From Staphylococcus phage SAC, in sequence record OR234014.1: 64,000 bases of DNA. One strand, written 5' to 3'. The position numbers and the translations under genes are program-made. The notes beneath the pieces were generated by a model that searched no databases, was not told where the DNA came from, and worked only from the letters and a program-made list of their open reading frames with translations. Shown here in pieces: positions 19,568-29,622 of the stretch; positions within the stretch are counted from its first letter, which is position 1, and each line of letters starts with the position of its first letter.

Positions 19568-20881
19568 CTACTTTCCTAATTCTTTAATTTCAAATTTTTC
19601 TTCTTCATATATTTTTCTACGCTCATTAGAATGTTTATATAAAAACTTATGTGTCATATCATTAAAATCAAATATCTGTGTTGTATTATCTTCTTTCTTT
19701 TTACGTAACGCACGACCTACACGTTGTAGTGTTTGTCGTAAAGATTTACCACCTGCACCTAGGATTAATGAACGAATACCACTGATATCAACACCCTCAT
19801 CAATAAGGCTTGTAGCAATCATAACTTTAAGTTTACCATTACGCATTTCATCTAACTTTTGTTTACGCATATCCGACTCTATTTCACCATGTAAAAAGAA
19901 ATTCTCTACACCCATTTCATTCAACATAGTGGATAGTATTTCACCATGCTCAACAAAATTAATAATAATAAGCGTAGCTTTATCTTGATTATACCACTTA
20001 GCTGTTAGTTTTGCAATAAGTTTATTTCTAAACTCGTTATGTACAATACCTTTATTATATGCATCCCTGTAATCCTTAATATTATCTATATCATCAGGGT
20101 TAGCAATAGGGATAATATTTATTGTAGGTCTAGCTGAATAGCCATTCTCGATTAAAAACTCATTAGATGTTCTTACAATAATATCTCCGAATAATGCTTG
20201 CATACGCATCCATAGTAGCTCATCTTTCATGTCTATGGAGCCTGTTAGTGCTATCCTGTATAGTGCATTCTCACAGGACATTAAACTTGTATACCATGAA
20301 TCTGATTTACTGTGATGTGCTTCATCAACTATCATTACAGCTATAGAGTCTAGGAACTCACGCATTTTATGATATTTATCATAGCTCTTTTGATTTTTCT
20401 TTCTTACTTCTTTTTGGAAAATAACATTATGATTGTTTAATGCCATTAATACTTCAGCATCCGTCTTTGAATTATGATAAATATCTTGAAGTATATCAAG
20501 CACATTCTGCTCTACTTTAGTTTTAGGTGTTGTACTTTCTAATAATAACTTAAGTAACCTTTTTTGATTTTTACCACCTTCAAATTTAGGAAGTATCTCT
20601 TTAGCTATCTTTTTACTTAAGTTTACTTTAGCAGATACTTTTACTCCTTCTGTAGGGTCTTTTAAGTTAGAGTTAACAGTAGGAATCATAACTACAGTTA
20701 CTTGTTTAACATCAAACTTACCAGAACCTACTTTACCTACTGATATATTCAATCGTTCACTTAAACGGTCAGCAGATTGATTAAAAATCTCAGTAGAACT
20801 TGTAAAAAAAGCTACACGCTCTCCTTTTTCTAGTTGTGGTAATAGTTGGTCTATGATACCGCTAGCAACCTCTGTTTTCAA
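19568..20881 (-). CDS. SF2 DNA helicase, exon 2
   Basis: DEAH box (MIVDEAHHS), motif III (IALTGS) and motif VI (QTLQRVGRALR). The true exon begins TEVASG..., completing the Walker A ATNAGK|TEV. Confidence 0.75.
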   Translation of the reverse strand: MKTEVASGIIDQLLPQLEKGERVAFFTSSTEIFNQSADRLSERLNISVGKVGSGKFDVKQVTVVMIPTVNSNLKDPTEGVKVSAKVNLSKKIAKEILPKFEGGKNQKRLLKLLLESTTPKTKVEQNVLDILQDIYHNSKTDAEVLMALNNHNVIFQKEVRKKNQKSYDKYHKMREFLDSIAVMIVDEAHHSKSDSWYTSLMSCENALYRIALTGSIDMKDELLWMRMQALFGDIIVRTSNEFLIENGYSARPTINIIPIANPDDIDNIKDYRDAYNKGIVHNEFRNKLIAKLTAKWYNQDKATLIIINFVEHGEILSTMLNEMGVENFFLHGEIESDMRKQKLDEMRNGKLKVMIATSLIDEGVDISGIRSLILGAGGKSLRQTLQRVGRALRKKKEDNTTQIFDFNDMTHKFLYKHSNERRKIYEEEKFEIKELGK

Positions 20882-21125
20882 TTATGTTACGATTAGGTTC
20901 GTTACTCCTAACCTTCTTGTAGTCTCCTACAAAGTTCAGACTATATCTTAACCATATCTAATGAGACTTAGGTTCTCCCTGTTTCCAATCACTTGATTGT
21001 ACATAATAGTCGTTGCACCTTCCTAGTAATTTATTAAGCTTGGCTCATGATTGTCTCAAATGAGAGAGTTCCCATGAATTAAAGGAGTTACACTTATAAT
21101 ATTTCTACTATAAGGGGCAAAATTT
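20879..21125 (-). mobile_element. ORF-less mini group I intron in the helicase gene (~247 nt)
   Basis: Minus-strand R-like GGUGCAACGACUAUUAU (~21010) and S-like AUAUAGUCUGAAC (~20932). It sits between Walker A codons: exon 1 ends ...AATGCAGGT (U) and exon 2 starts AAAACAGAGGTT after a G. Confidence 0.65.
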
Positions 21126-21563
21126 ACCTGCATTGGTAGCTTGCTTACATATACCATTATAATTGACTAAACTATTAAACACAGCTTCATACTGATAGTC
21201 ACGTAATGTAATCTTACCTACGTTATTATCTAGTAGCTGTATTTCATCATCAATATCTTCTTCAGCTAAAAAGCTTTCAGATTTTTCATCAATAATTTCG
21301 TATTGAAAGTTATGTCTTGATTGTAACTCACCTAGTAATGTTATCATCTTAGGTAACAACCCACTAGGGAATTTGTTCTCAGCATAATCGTAGAAATCCA
21401 CATAACCATCCCACACACCTCGTTTAAAAGCTAAGCTATGTTGATAGCCCTCTTTCTTAGCTCCTAACGTTTTATGAACACGCTTAAGTATGATATCTTT
21501 AATATACCCGTCACTTTCATCAAAATCTACATATGTATATATATTCTGTTGTCTTAATTGCAT
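21108..21563 (-). CDS. SF2 DNA helicase, exon 1 (N-terminal ~146 aa)
   Basis: Q-motif region (RDYQYEAV) and the start of Walker A (GICKQATNAGK). The final FCPL is intron read-through. Confidence 0.7.
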   Translation of the reverse strand: MQLRQQNIYTYVDFDESDGYIKDIILKRVHKTLGAKKEGYQHSLAFKRGVWDGYVDFYDYAENKFPSGLLPKMITLLGELQSRHNFQYEIIDEKSESFLAEEDIDDEIQLLDNNVGKITLRDYQYEAVFNSLVNYNGICKQATNAGKFCPL

Positions 21564-21592
21564 ATATTCTCCTTTCTTTTTATTCCTTTATT

Positions 21593-21621
21593 ATCTTACC
21601 ATATTTATTAAAGTTAGTCAA
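21593..21621 (-). promoter_or_regulatory. putative promoter TTGACT-N17-TAAGAT upstream of helicase exon 1
   Basis: Found on the minus strand. The -10 is weak. Confidence 0.3.
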
Positions 21622-21653
21622 GAAAAAAAAAGACTAGGAATTATCCTAGTCTA
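21622..21653 (-). terminator. rho-independent terminator
   Basis: Minus strand reads agactaggataattcctagtct (9-bp stem) followed by T9. The stem overlaps the stop codon of gene 21651-23015. Confidence 0.65.
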
Positions 21654-23015
21654 TGGTAAAGAGATACCTACAACACGTGTAACATATTGGTCTTTATTAT
21701 TATTTACTGCACTATCTTTAATTGTCCATGTATCACCAGTAATAGATAAAGTTACTCGATAGTACTCTACTCCAATATTAGAGTCTCCTGATACATAAGC
21801 TCCTGAACATGTGTAAATACCATCTCCATCTATATAAAACTTATGACATAAAGTACCTGTTTTATCCGTACCTTTTGTGTTTTGTAAGGCTCTGTATCTT
21901 GTGTATATCTCTACGTATTGGTAGTTAGATATAGAATCAGACATAGTTTCTTTTTTATTTGTATCTTTAAAGTTATGTGCTCCATTCCATAGTTCTTTAA
22001 AACCAGGTAATGTTTTTGTTGTGTTCCATGTATTACCATTTACGGAACCATTAATAGTTCTACCGTCAGTACCTATTGCGGTATATACACCATATAAATT
22101 AGTATAGTTGTTTGAGTCTGATATAAATATACCTCTGCAACTAACCGTAGACGGAGAGCCTGAAACACCACCTTGTATATAGAAAGTAAAAACAGTTTTA
22201 CTCGTTTCTTCAATATGTTTAGCTATAGCTTGTTGGAATGTTATATTGTCTGCTGTATATACGGATAATGAGTAATTATTGTTTTCCGCATCTCCATTTA
22301 CATTAGATACAAGATATTTGCTTATCTTTTGTACGTCTAAATCAGTTCTCCAAGCACCCCAATTGTCATACGATTTCTTAACATTAAGATATTCTTTTCC
22401 CGTGCTACTATCCGTTAATCTTAACATTCTATTATCATTACTGTCTATGGAAACTTGTAAGAATCCTTCATAAACACCACTAGGCATATCCGACATATTA
22501 GACACGTAATATGTACCTTGTGTATTAATATCAAAAGGACTTCCACCTATATGTGATGTATATTTATTATTAGGTAAACTTTGTACTACTTGCCATTGTG
22601 ATGTTTGGTAGTTAGTAACGAATCGGTGCATCACTTTTGATTTACTGTCCGCCGTTGACAATGTATACAATATTTGTATTACTCTATCCTCAGTATCTAA
22701 TGTTAATACTTGCAGTAATACATCTATATTTTCCATATCTGGTTTATCATACATAGTAGCCAATGTACGTGCTCCTATGTAATATAAACCTACTTTTTTA
22801 ATGTCTCTTAAGTAATTGGTATAATCTATATCTTTAGCTAATCCTCTATCCGTTGTTAACTTAACTTTCTGTGCTTTACTTACGTCTAATTGTAAGTCTG
22901 TAGTTACTTCAAAGATATTTCTATCCTCAGTTAATACACTACCTATGTTATTAACTTGTTTTGTTAGGTCTGCTATTGTACTGTTTTCCGTAATAGGTGT
23001 AAAATTTAGTGCCAT
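21651..23015 (-). CDS. tail fibre / receptor-binding-module protein
   Basis: 454 aa, rich in Asn/Thr/Gly/Tyr, located in the adsorption module. Assigned by position and composition only. Confidence 0.4.
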   Translation of the reverse strand: MALNFTPITENSTIADLTKQVNNIGSVLTEDRNIFEVTTDLQLDVSKAQKVKLTTDRGLAKDIDYTNYLRDIKKVGLYYIGARTLATMYDKPDMENIDVLLQVLTLDTEDRVIQILYTLSTADSKSKVMHRFVTNYQTSQWQVVQSLPNNKYTSHIGGSPFDINTQGTYYVSNMSDMPSGVYEGFLQVSIDSNDNRMLRLTDSSTGKEYLNVKKSYDNWGAWRTDLDVQKISKYLVSNVNGDAENNNYSLSVYTADNITFQQAIAKHIEETSKTVFTFYIQGGVSGSPSTVSCRGIFISDSNNYTNLYGVYTAIGTDGRTINGSVNGNTWNTTKTLPGFKELWNGAHNFKDTNKKETMSDSISNYQYVEIYTRYRALQNTKGTDKTGTLCHKFYIDGDGIYTCSGAYVSGDSNIGVEYYRVTLSITGDTWTIKDSAVNNNKDQYVTRVVGISLP

Positions 23016-23020
23016 ACTAT

Positions 23021-23377
23021 TTATCCTTTCTTAGATAACAATTCTTGTAACATTCTTTTTAGTTCCTCTACTTCACTCTCTAATTTTTTGTAGTCTTCTT
23101 TAGGTACAAACTCTTCTGGTGGTTGGTATTCTATGTCCTCTACACTCTTCGAGTTATCTTCAAAGCTTTTATTATATATTACTTCGTTAGTGTTCTTATA
23201 ATACGCATACTTATTACTAACAAAATCAACAAAGAATCCATCAGGTAGAATAGACCTTGATACTTTTACATCACCATTGTTCTCTTCATATCCACCTACA
23301 ATAGTATATCCCATAATATACTTATTATCTTTTAAGTGTAACACAATTTCATCTTTACCAATGTCATACTTTATCAT
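23021..23377 (-). CDS. hypothetical protein (tail fibre chaperone candidate)
   Basis: 118 aa with an acidic C-terminus, lying between two fibre-like genes. Confidence 0.3.
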   Translation of the reverse strand: MIKYDIGKDEIVLHLKDNKYIMGYTIVGGYEENNGDVKVSRSILPDGFFVDFVSNKYAYYKNTNEVIYNKSFEDNSKSVEDIEYQPPEEFVPKEDYKKLESEVEELKRMLQELLSKKG

Positions 23378-23394
23378 CTATAAAACCTCTTCTC

Positions 23395-25320
23395 TTAAAT
23401 ATATGTTAACCCTATTACTCTTAGTACTTCAATGTGACCTGTTTGATTGAATTGTGCGACTGTTGTGGTATTTCTATTTCCATCTAGGTTAATTGTTTTT
23501 GACATTTTAGCAGTGACATTTATCTTATCAGTAATGTCACAATATCCTTCAAAGAAATCTACGCTAGAATTAGAGCCATCATTTACTAAGTTAAAGTCTC
23601 TAATTACAATACTAGATGTAGTAGCAGGGAATCTTCTAGTTGTATTATGTCCAGAACTTCTAGTCCAATATACTACGTCAATAAAATCATAGTTATATAA
23701 CGAATCTGATAGATTTACTGTGTTTCCTGAAGCAAGGTCAAGCGTTCCTTCCCAAAGGCTAGTACTAGCCATTTGAACTTTCATGGCTTGCCAACCATTA
23801 TTATCTTTATTATATGTTAAAGAATATTTCTTGCCTTTAGTATCACTAAAATCCATTTGTATTACTTTATTTGTAGTGTTTATATTATTATTTTTATACG
23901 CTACTTGTATTGTGCCTTGTATTGTTTTATTACTAGGAGTTCCACTTATAGAACCATCACAGTAGAAGGTATAAAAACCTTGAGGTACAGACATTGCTAA
24001 TTGTTGCAGACTTCTACCATTCGAGCTTTGGTAATCCCATACGTATTTATAGTAGTCATTACTATATGTATCTACGCTACTGTGTGATTGAAGCTCATCT
24101 TTACTTGTTGTCTCAGTCCAATTACTCCATATTTCATCATATTTTCTTTTATCATAAGTATGAGTAATAAAAGGAGTTACCGAGTATGATTTTTCTAATT
24201 TTGGTAGTGCATAATACACAATAGCTCCATTATTAGTAGAATTAGAGCAGTTAAATCTTAGTAGGGCTGATATATAATTAACCCTATCATTACTAGACTC
24301 TTGGTTATATGATTGTAAAGTAAAAGTAAAGGAGAACTTTTTCCACTCCGTAGATAAGTCATAATAGTTAACCTCTCTCCTACCTCCTGTGTATGGGTTA
24401 TTGTCTTGATAAACATAATTATACCCAGCAATCTCAAAGTAGGGGAAATTACCATTTAACAAATTAGGGTCATTTACTTTAATATAAACAGACATTGTAA
24501 CAGTATCCCCTACATATAGTTCGTCTCCTATTCTAAATCGTTTTGACATAACTGTAGGATATGATTCCCCTCCATCATCTAATTGAATAGTATTTTCACC
24601 CATATATCTAACTGTTGAGGTAGATGCATTATTAGTAAAACCCCAAAAAGATGTATTATCTATATAATCCGTTCTTATATTAGCTACATCCGTCATTGGT
24701 AATGTGAATAAACTATCTCTTAATAAGTTAGGTTGTTGGTCTTGGCGTGGTAACTTTCTAATCATTTTAAATGTTAAAGTAGAATTAATAGGATTAAATT
24801 CAGCTAAAGCTGAGGTACCATTTTTACTTTCCTTATAATTTATCCATCCTGTGTTTAAATTACTTTTAGGGGGATTTATGAGTGTTGCAAATTGAGTTGT
24901 GGACTCTGTTAAATTTTTTACATTAATTGTATTTCCTGAATCGTATAATGTACCTTCATCTAGTTTAAAACTAACCCAATCATAGACAGTACCATTATAA
25001 TAAGTTTTCACAAACAATTTATTTGTGTTAGACGGGGCATAATATAACTTATAATAAGTACTACCCTTTTTATCTAAGTGTAAAAACCCTATATTACTTA
25101 CACCTTGCGGGGTGTTTCTTGCTTGTGTTACAAAGTAGTCACCTGAGTCTTGTATGAAATTTAAAACATTATTTAAATCAGGATAACTAATCGTTTTTAA
25201 ATCAGATAAGTTAACTTCTTCTTTTAAGTATTTACCCATTTCATTTACTTTAGGGTACATATCCTTTAATCTTTGTGATTCTGTTAGAGGTGTGTAGTTA
25301 AACGTCATGTGTGTAATCAC
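23395..25320 (-). CDS. receptor-binding / tail fibre protein
   Basis: 641 aa, Asn/Ser/Thr/Tyr-rich. The likely true start is the ATG 12 nt inside (MTFNYTPL). Confidence 0.45.
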   Translation of the reverse strand: MITHMTFNYTPLTESQRLKDMYPKVNEMGKYLKEEVNLSDLKTISYPDLNNVLNFIQDSGDYFVTQARNTPQGVSNIGFLHLDKKGSTYYKLYYAPSNTNKLFVKTYYNGTVYDWVSFKLDEGTLYDSGNTINVKNLTESTTQFATLINPPKSNLNTGWINYKESKNGTSALAEFNPINSTLTFKMIRKLPRQDQQPNLLRDSLFTLPMTDVANIRTDYIDNTSFWGFTNNASTSTVRYMGENTIQLDDGGESYPTVMSKRFRIGDELYVGDTVTMSVYIKVNDPNLLNGNFPYFEIAGYNYVYQDNNPYTGGRREVNYYDLSTEWKKFSFTFTLQSYNQESSNDRVNYISALLRFNCSNSTNNGAIVYYALPKLEKSYSVTPFITHTYDKRKYDEIWSNWTETTSKDELQSHSSVDTYSNDYYKYVWDYQSSNGRSLQQLAMSVPQGFYTFYCDGSISGTPSNKTIQGTIQVAYKNNNINTTNKVIQMDFSDTKGKKYSLTYNKDNNGWQAMKVQMASTSLWEGTLDLASGNTVNLSDSLYNYDFIDVVYWTRSSGHNTTRRFPATTSSIVIRDFNLVNDGSNSSVDFFEGYCDITDKINVTAKMSKTINLDGNRNTTTVAQFNQTGHIEVLRVIGLTYI

Positions 25321-25468
25321 CTTTCAATTTTTTAAGCTCATCAATAAGCTCATTAACTTCTTGTAGTTTATCTTTATATGTTTGTTCCATTTCTTTTATA
25401 GCTTTTTCTTCTACAGTAGGAATAAAGAGTTTAGCTTGTGAGTAAGGGTCTCTATATTCTGTAGGCAT
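25298..25468 (-). CDS. small ORF (~56 aa), not in the ORF track
   Basis: Starts at ATG ~25466 after GGAAGTGATATT and reads MPTEYRDPYSQAKLF... The stop overlaps the start of the 641-aa gene. Confidence 0.2.
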   Translation of the reverse strand: MPTEYRDPYSQAKLFIPTVEEKAIKEMEQTYKDKLQEVNELIDELKKLKGDYTHDV

Positions 25469-25485
25469 AATATCACTTCCTTAGT

Positions 25486-25516
25486 TAAATAAAAAGAGGG
25501 TATGAAACCCTCTTTA
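25486..25516 (-). terminator. rho-independent terminator
   Basis: Minus strand reads aagagggtttcataccctctt (8-bp stem) followed by tttatt. Confidence 0.55.
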
Positions 25517-25519
25517 AAC

Positions 25520-28500
25520 TTACTCATCTCTTGTTGTAACCATAAGTCTACGTACACGAGGTCTTAAGAAACTATTTTCAGTTGATAAGTCTAATCTTAC
25601 TTGTAATTTGTTATTCTTAGTAGAGTGATTTACTTTCTCATCAATAGCATATCTATTAAAGTCTCTATTAGCCTTAACTACCTGAGCAGACTTAGTAAAT
25701 GTTTTCCAAGTTTTACCATCATCGTCTGAATACTTAGGAATAACATTAGTGCCCTTAGGTAAGAATGCTTCATAACTAAATCTTATTGTGTTGTATGGAG
25801 CTTCTGTCATATCAATAGCTCTACCGATATATGAACCTTTTAACTCAGTTAAGAATGTAGTAAACGTTAAGTCATTAGAACTTAATAAAGGTGAAATATA
25901 CTTATTAGACTCAAATGTAGCTTTTAATTTAACTTGTTTAGCTAAACCTAATACCTCTAAATCTTGGTAGTTACCAATAGGTTCCCATTTTAATTGGTCA
26001 AATGTAGTAGATGTAGCCATGCCATCTAAAATCATTTTAATTTCCCAAGTACAACCTGTTCTTTCAGGAGTTAAGTACGTAGACATTAAAACTAATCTAT
26101 CTGCTGATACATTCTTAATAGGTTCAAATTCAATTGTAGCTGTTTCATTAAACTTAGAAGTATATACACCAAATTTTAAATCTGAATTTTGGTGTGGAGT
26201 CCAAGTACTAGCGTTAGATGAACTAAATAGAACGCCTTGTACATATGGATTACCGCTAATAACTTCATTAGGTTTATCAATCTTAGGTTTTGTTCTTGTT
26301 CCGACCCACATAGTATAATCACTATTTTCTGTAATAATGACAATAGCATACTCTTTACCTGCTTCAGCCATCATAGGGTCATCAAAGTATACTCTAGTTT
26401 CAGCACTAGCATTATTAGATACTTTAATATCATCTGAGTTGATTACTGTTTCAGCATATACCGTCTTGTTAGGGTAACCTGTATCTCCCATACCACGAAT
26501 TTGTACAGTTACATTACTAGACTTATCTCCTTTACTAGCAAAGTATAAACCTAAAGAACTAATAGTTCTACTTTCATCATATTGGAATGATTGTGCTAAT
26601 GGGTCTACTAAGTTTACTGTAACACGTGTTTTGATAATAACATCTTGTACAGTCTTCTTACGTCCTTGAGCTGTATATGTTGTAGCACTTGTAGAGTTAG
26701 CATTTTTCAATGTTACTTCTCTATTACCGCAACGAATACCTGCTGGAATTGTAAATGTACCTTTAGCTGTGCCTTTAGCATCAGACATAATTGTACCATC
26801 TTCAGAACCTTTTCTATAACCTGTTGCTGGTGTAATAGCACAACGAACACCATCAAATAAAATATACAAATTATTATCATTAGGATTTAAACCATTAACT
26901 TCGAAAGATACGTCACGAACACGAATAAATTCAATCATTTCTTCAAGTGTACGCTGTCCTACAGCCTCTAATAGAGTACCTGTTCTACCATGTTCTCTAT
27001 CATATGCGTATGACTTACCTTTCCACTCTTGTCCTTTATCTAACTGTAAGTTAGAATATAAGTAATGTTCTGTTTCTCCATAATAACTTTCATTATGTCT
27101 CCAGAATCTTTTCATTGTTACTTTTTTAGTTTTCTGTTCTGTGATTGTTACATTCTGAGTATCTATCCAGTTATCTTCACTAGGAGTTAATTTTAACACA
27201 CCTTGTTTATTTGGTATATTATAAGGGTTTACATTTAAAGTTTCTGATGCTTGTCCTTGGTAAATTGTACGCTCTTCTGTAAATGGTGCGGAAATTAGTC
27301 GACCCCATACATGAGCTGTAGTGTCTCCTTGAATAATCTTAGGTTGGTTTACAGCTTCCTTATAGGCTAAAGTAGCCTCCGCATCATCAAAACTAAACAC
27401 AATACCAAAGTCAGGGTGTGTAATATCAGCTTTATCTAAAGATATAAAACCTTCACTAAATACAGAACGTAATGTTAATGGGTTTTGTTTTTCCATTGCG
27501 CCATCATCCAAAGCATTAACAGCTTGGTTATACTCTAAATTATCTACTCTAGTTTTTACTTTTTGTAAGTCTTCCATAGATAATCTAGTAATAGCATATG
27601 AAATACATACTGCTTCGTTAGAATCAGGTAATACTGTTACAGTACCTAATTGTAAGTTCTCAGGGTCTGTATTTAAAGGTGGTGTTACTAATCTCATAAT
27701 ATTAGGTTCACCTTTAAGAATAGCAATATCACCAAACTTATTAATAAAAACAGCATCTTTACGAGCTAAGTAGTAAGTATAGTCTACAAGTACAACACTT
27801 TGGTCAATAGGCTTAGTACCATTAACAGGTGTGAAATTAATAGACCAGCGTTTACCTTCTCCCTCACCTACTGTAGATACTTCATAATCTTTACCTACTT
27901 CCATCTTTCTGTTGTACTTATACGAAACATAATAAGATGTACCTCCATTAGGTTCTTGACCTGAAGGAGACCAGTCTATTGTTTGACCATCAGTAAGTCT
28001 ATAGTCTTCTCCTTGTTTGTATTCTTTTGTTGTCTGACCTGGACTTGTTTCTGTCCATACTCTAACCACTTCAAAAGCTGTTTTATTAGATAAATAGTCT
28101 TGAGAATCTCCTGTTGAACTTCTTGTAACACGCTCTTTATCTACTAATACTTGCGCTGTTACACGTTGAACATCTTTTACAGGGGTATTAGCTAAAGTAA
28201 TATTATTTGATGATTTATTAAATACAGTACTTTCATTTTCTGCTTTACCTAGTTCCCTTGACTTCTCTACACTAATTCTAGTAGAAACTGGTTTATCTAC
28301 TTTATAACCTTTTACATATGCCTTACCAGCATCTACAACAACAGATACATGATTATCATCTTCGGCGTTTCCTTCTGAAAATAGCTCAAATCCACTAACT
28401 TTATATGAACCCGACTCATCATAAGTACGCTCTGCTAATACTTTGTTGATTTTATCCATCTCAGCATTAGTAGATTGGATATAGAGGTCTCCATCCATAA

Positions 28501-28978
28501 AAGTATAAATAGTAGCAGAAGTAGGGTCATTGACTGTTAAAGATAACTTCTCTTCTAGACGGTCTGCACCCTTAGAAAAATAACTAGGAACTCCGCTTGT
28601 TTGGTCTAATAAGCTATTATCTTCATCAGGTGTAATAATTCTTTCTGTTAGTTTAATACCTACTGTTTCTTTACCTACACCCGTAATTTTAACAGTGTCT
28701 TCACTACTATAGTAACGTATCTTACCATTTATATACACATAACCTGGGTTAACTTGTAGTACATTATCTTTAGTTAATGTAAAACCTAATCCTGATTGTT
28801 TATCCCCATCTTTAAAAATAGAATCCCCTAAATTTTTTAAGTAATATTGTTCAATAGACTGCATTTCATTTAGTTCTGATTGTTGTAGTGGTCTATCTGG
28901 ATTAAATAGTACTCTTGTTCTATCTTTTGTAGGGTCAAATCTATCTAAGTATGGAGAACTTTTAAAATTAATTGCCAT
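25520..28978 (-). CDS. large tail/baseplate morphogenetic protein (1152 aa)
   Basis: Its size and position match the ~1150-aa tail morphogenetic protein of K/Twort-like phages. Confidence 0.55.
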   Translation of the reverse strand: MAINFKSSPYLDRFDPTKDRTRVLFNPDRPLQQSELNEMQSIEQYYLKNLGDSIFKDGDKQSGLGFTLTKDNVLQVNPGYVYINGKIRYYSSEDTVKITGVGKETVGIKLTERIITPDEDNSLLDQTSGVPSYFSKGADRLEEKLSLTVNDPTSATIYTFMDGDLYIQSTNAEMDKINKVLAERTYDESGSYKVSGFELFSEGNAEDDNHVSVVVDAGKAYVKGYKVDKPVSTRISVEKSRELGKAENESTVFNKSSNNITLANTPVKDVQRVTAQVLVDKERVTRSSTGDSQDYLSNKTAFEVVRVWTETSPGQTTKEYKQGEDYRLTDGQTIDWSPSGQEPNGGTSYYVSYKYNRKMEVGKDYEVSTVGEGEGKRWSINFTPVNGTKPIDQSVVLVDYTYYLARKDAVFINKFGDIAILKGEPNIMRLVTPPLNTDPENLQLGTVTVLPDSNEAVCISYAITRLSMEDLQKVKTRVDNLEYNQAVNALDDGAMEKQNPLTLRSVFSEGFISLDKADITHPDFGIVFSFDDAEATLAYKEAVNQPKIIQGDTTAHVWGRLISAPFTEERTIYQGQASETLNVNPYNIPNKQGVLKLTPSEDNWIDTQNVTITEQKTKKVTMKRFWRHNESYYGETEHYLYSNLQLDKGQEWKGKSYAYDREHGRTGTLLEAVGQRTLEEMIEFIRVRDVSFEVNGLNPNDNNLYILFDGVRCAITPATGYRKGSEDGTIMSDAKGTAKGTFTIPAGIRCGNREVTLKNANSTSATTYTAQGRKKTVQDVIIKTRVTVNLVDPLAQSFQYDESRTISSLGLYFASKGDKSSNVTVQIRGMGDTGYPNKTVYAETVINSDDIKVSNNASAETRVYFDDPMMAEAGKEYAIVIITENSDYTMWVGTRTKPKIDKPNEVISGNPYVQGVLFSSSNASTWTPHQNSDLKFGVYTSKFNETATIEFEPIKNVSADRLVLMSTYLTPERTGCTWEIKMILDGMATSTTFDQLKWEPIGNYQDLEVLGLAKQVKLKATFESNKYISPLLSSNDLTFTTFLTELKGSYIGRAIDMTEAPYNTIRFSYEAFLPKGTNVIPKYSDDDGKTWKTFTKSAQVVKANRDFNRYAIDEKVNHSTKNNKLQVRLDLSTENSFLRPRVRRLMVTTRDE

Positions 28979-28997
28979 ATATATTCAATTCTCCTTT

Positions 28998-29537
28998 TTA
29001 AACTTCAATGATAAAGCGCTCTTTTACAGTTGTTTGTTCACTTCTATTTTGGAACTGTTTATTATCATAAAATAATAAAGTTCCTGTAGATTGCACTTCA
29101 CTAGGTAGTAAGTTAAATTTAGAAATACTATCTTTAGCTAACAAATCCATAACAAATCCTACTTGTCTATATGTACCTAAGGGTAACTCATCCCCAACAA
29201 TACTACTTTCTAAGTACACCCACTTAGCACCTTCAGCAACTGCATTAGCTGAGTCAATTTCTACCCATCGTTTATTACCATATGTAATTTCTTTTTTACT
29301 TTCATCACCCGTTGTTTTTGCAGGTCTAACTAATGCTACCTTAGTTGCTTTTTTATATCCGATAACTTCTTGTAATGATGTTGCTGTTTCTTCAGGTTGA
29401 GGTGGGCTTGTTTCATTAGCCCACGCTGTACTTTTACCAATTGTTAAATAAATAGAATCAGCCTTACTTACAATGTATTTAGCTAACTCTACATGTGAAG
29501 CATTTGTTGCTATAGCCATATTTTTTATTCCTTTCAT
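28998..29537 (-). CDS. baseplate/tail structural protein
   Basis: 179 aa in the baseplate module, with an AGGAG-like RBS. Confidence 0.4.
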   Translation of the reverse strand: MKGIKNMAIATNASHVELAKYIVSKADSIYLTIGKSTAWANETSPPQPEETATSLQEVIGYKKATKVALVRPAKTTGDESKKEITYGNKRWVEIDSANAVAEGAKWVYLESSIVGDELPLGTYRQVGFVMDLLAKDSISKFNLLPSEVQSTGTLLFYDNKQFQNRSEQTTVKERFIIEV

Positions 29538-29588
29538 GTCTAGTATTCTGTATTAATATAACAAGGTATACTATAATACGCATACCTT

Positions 29589-29617
29589 ACTATATCATAT
29601 TAATACTTTATTGTCAA
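29589..29617 (-). promoter_or_regulatory. promoter TTGACA-N17-TATAGT
   Basis: Minus strand reads TTGACAataaagtattaatatgaTATAGT, upstream of gene 28998-29537. Confidence 0.45.
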
Positions 29618-29622
29618 TATCT

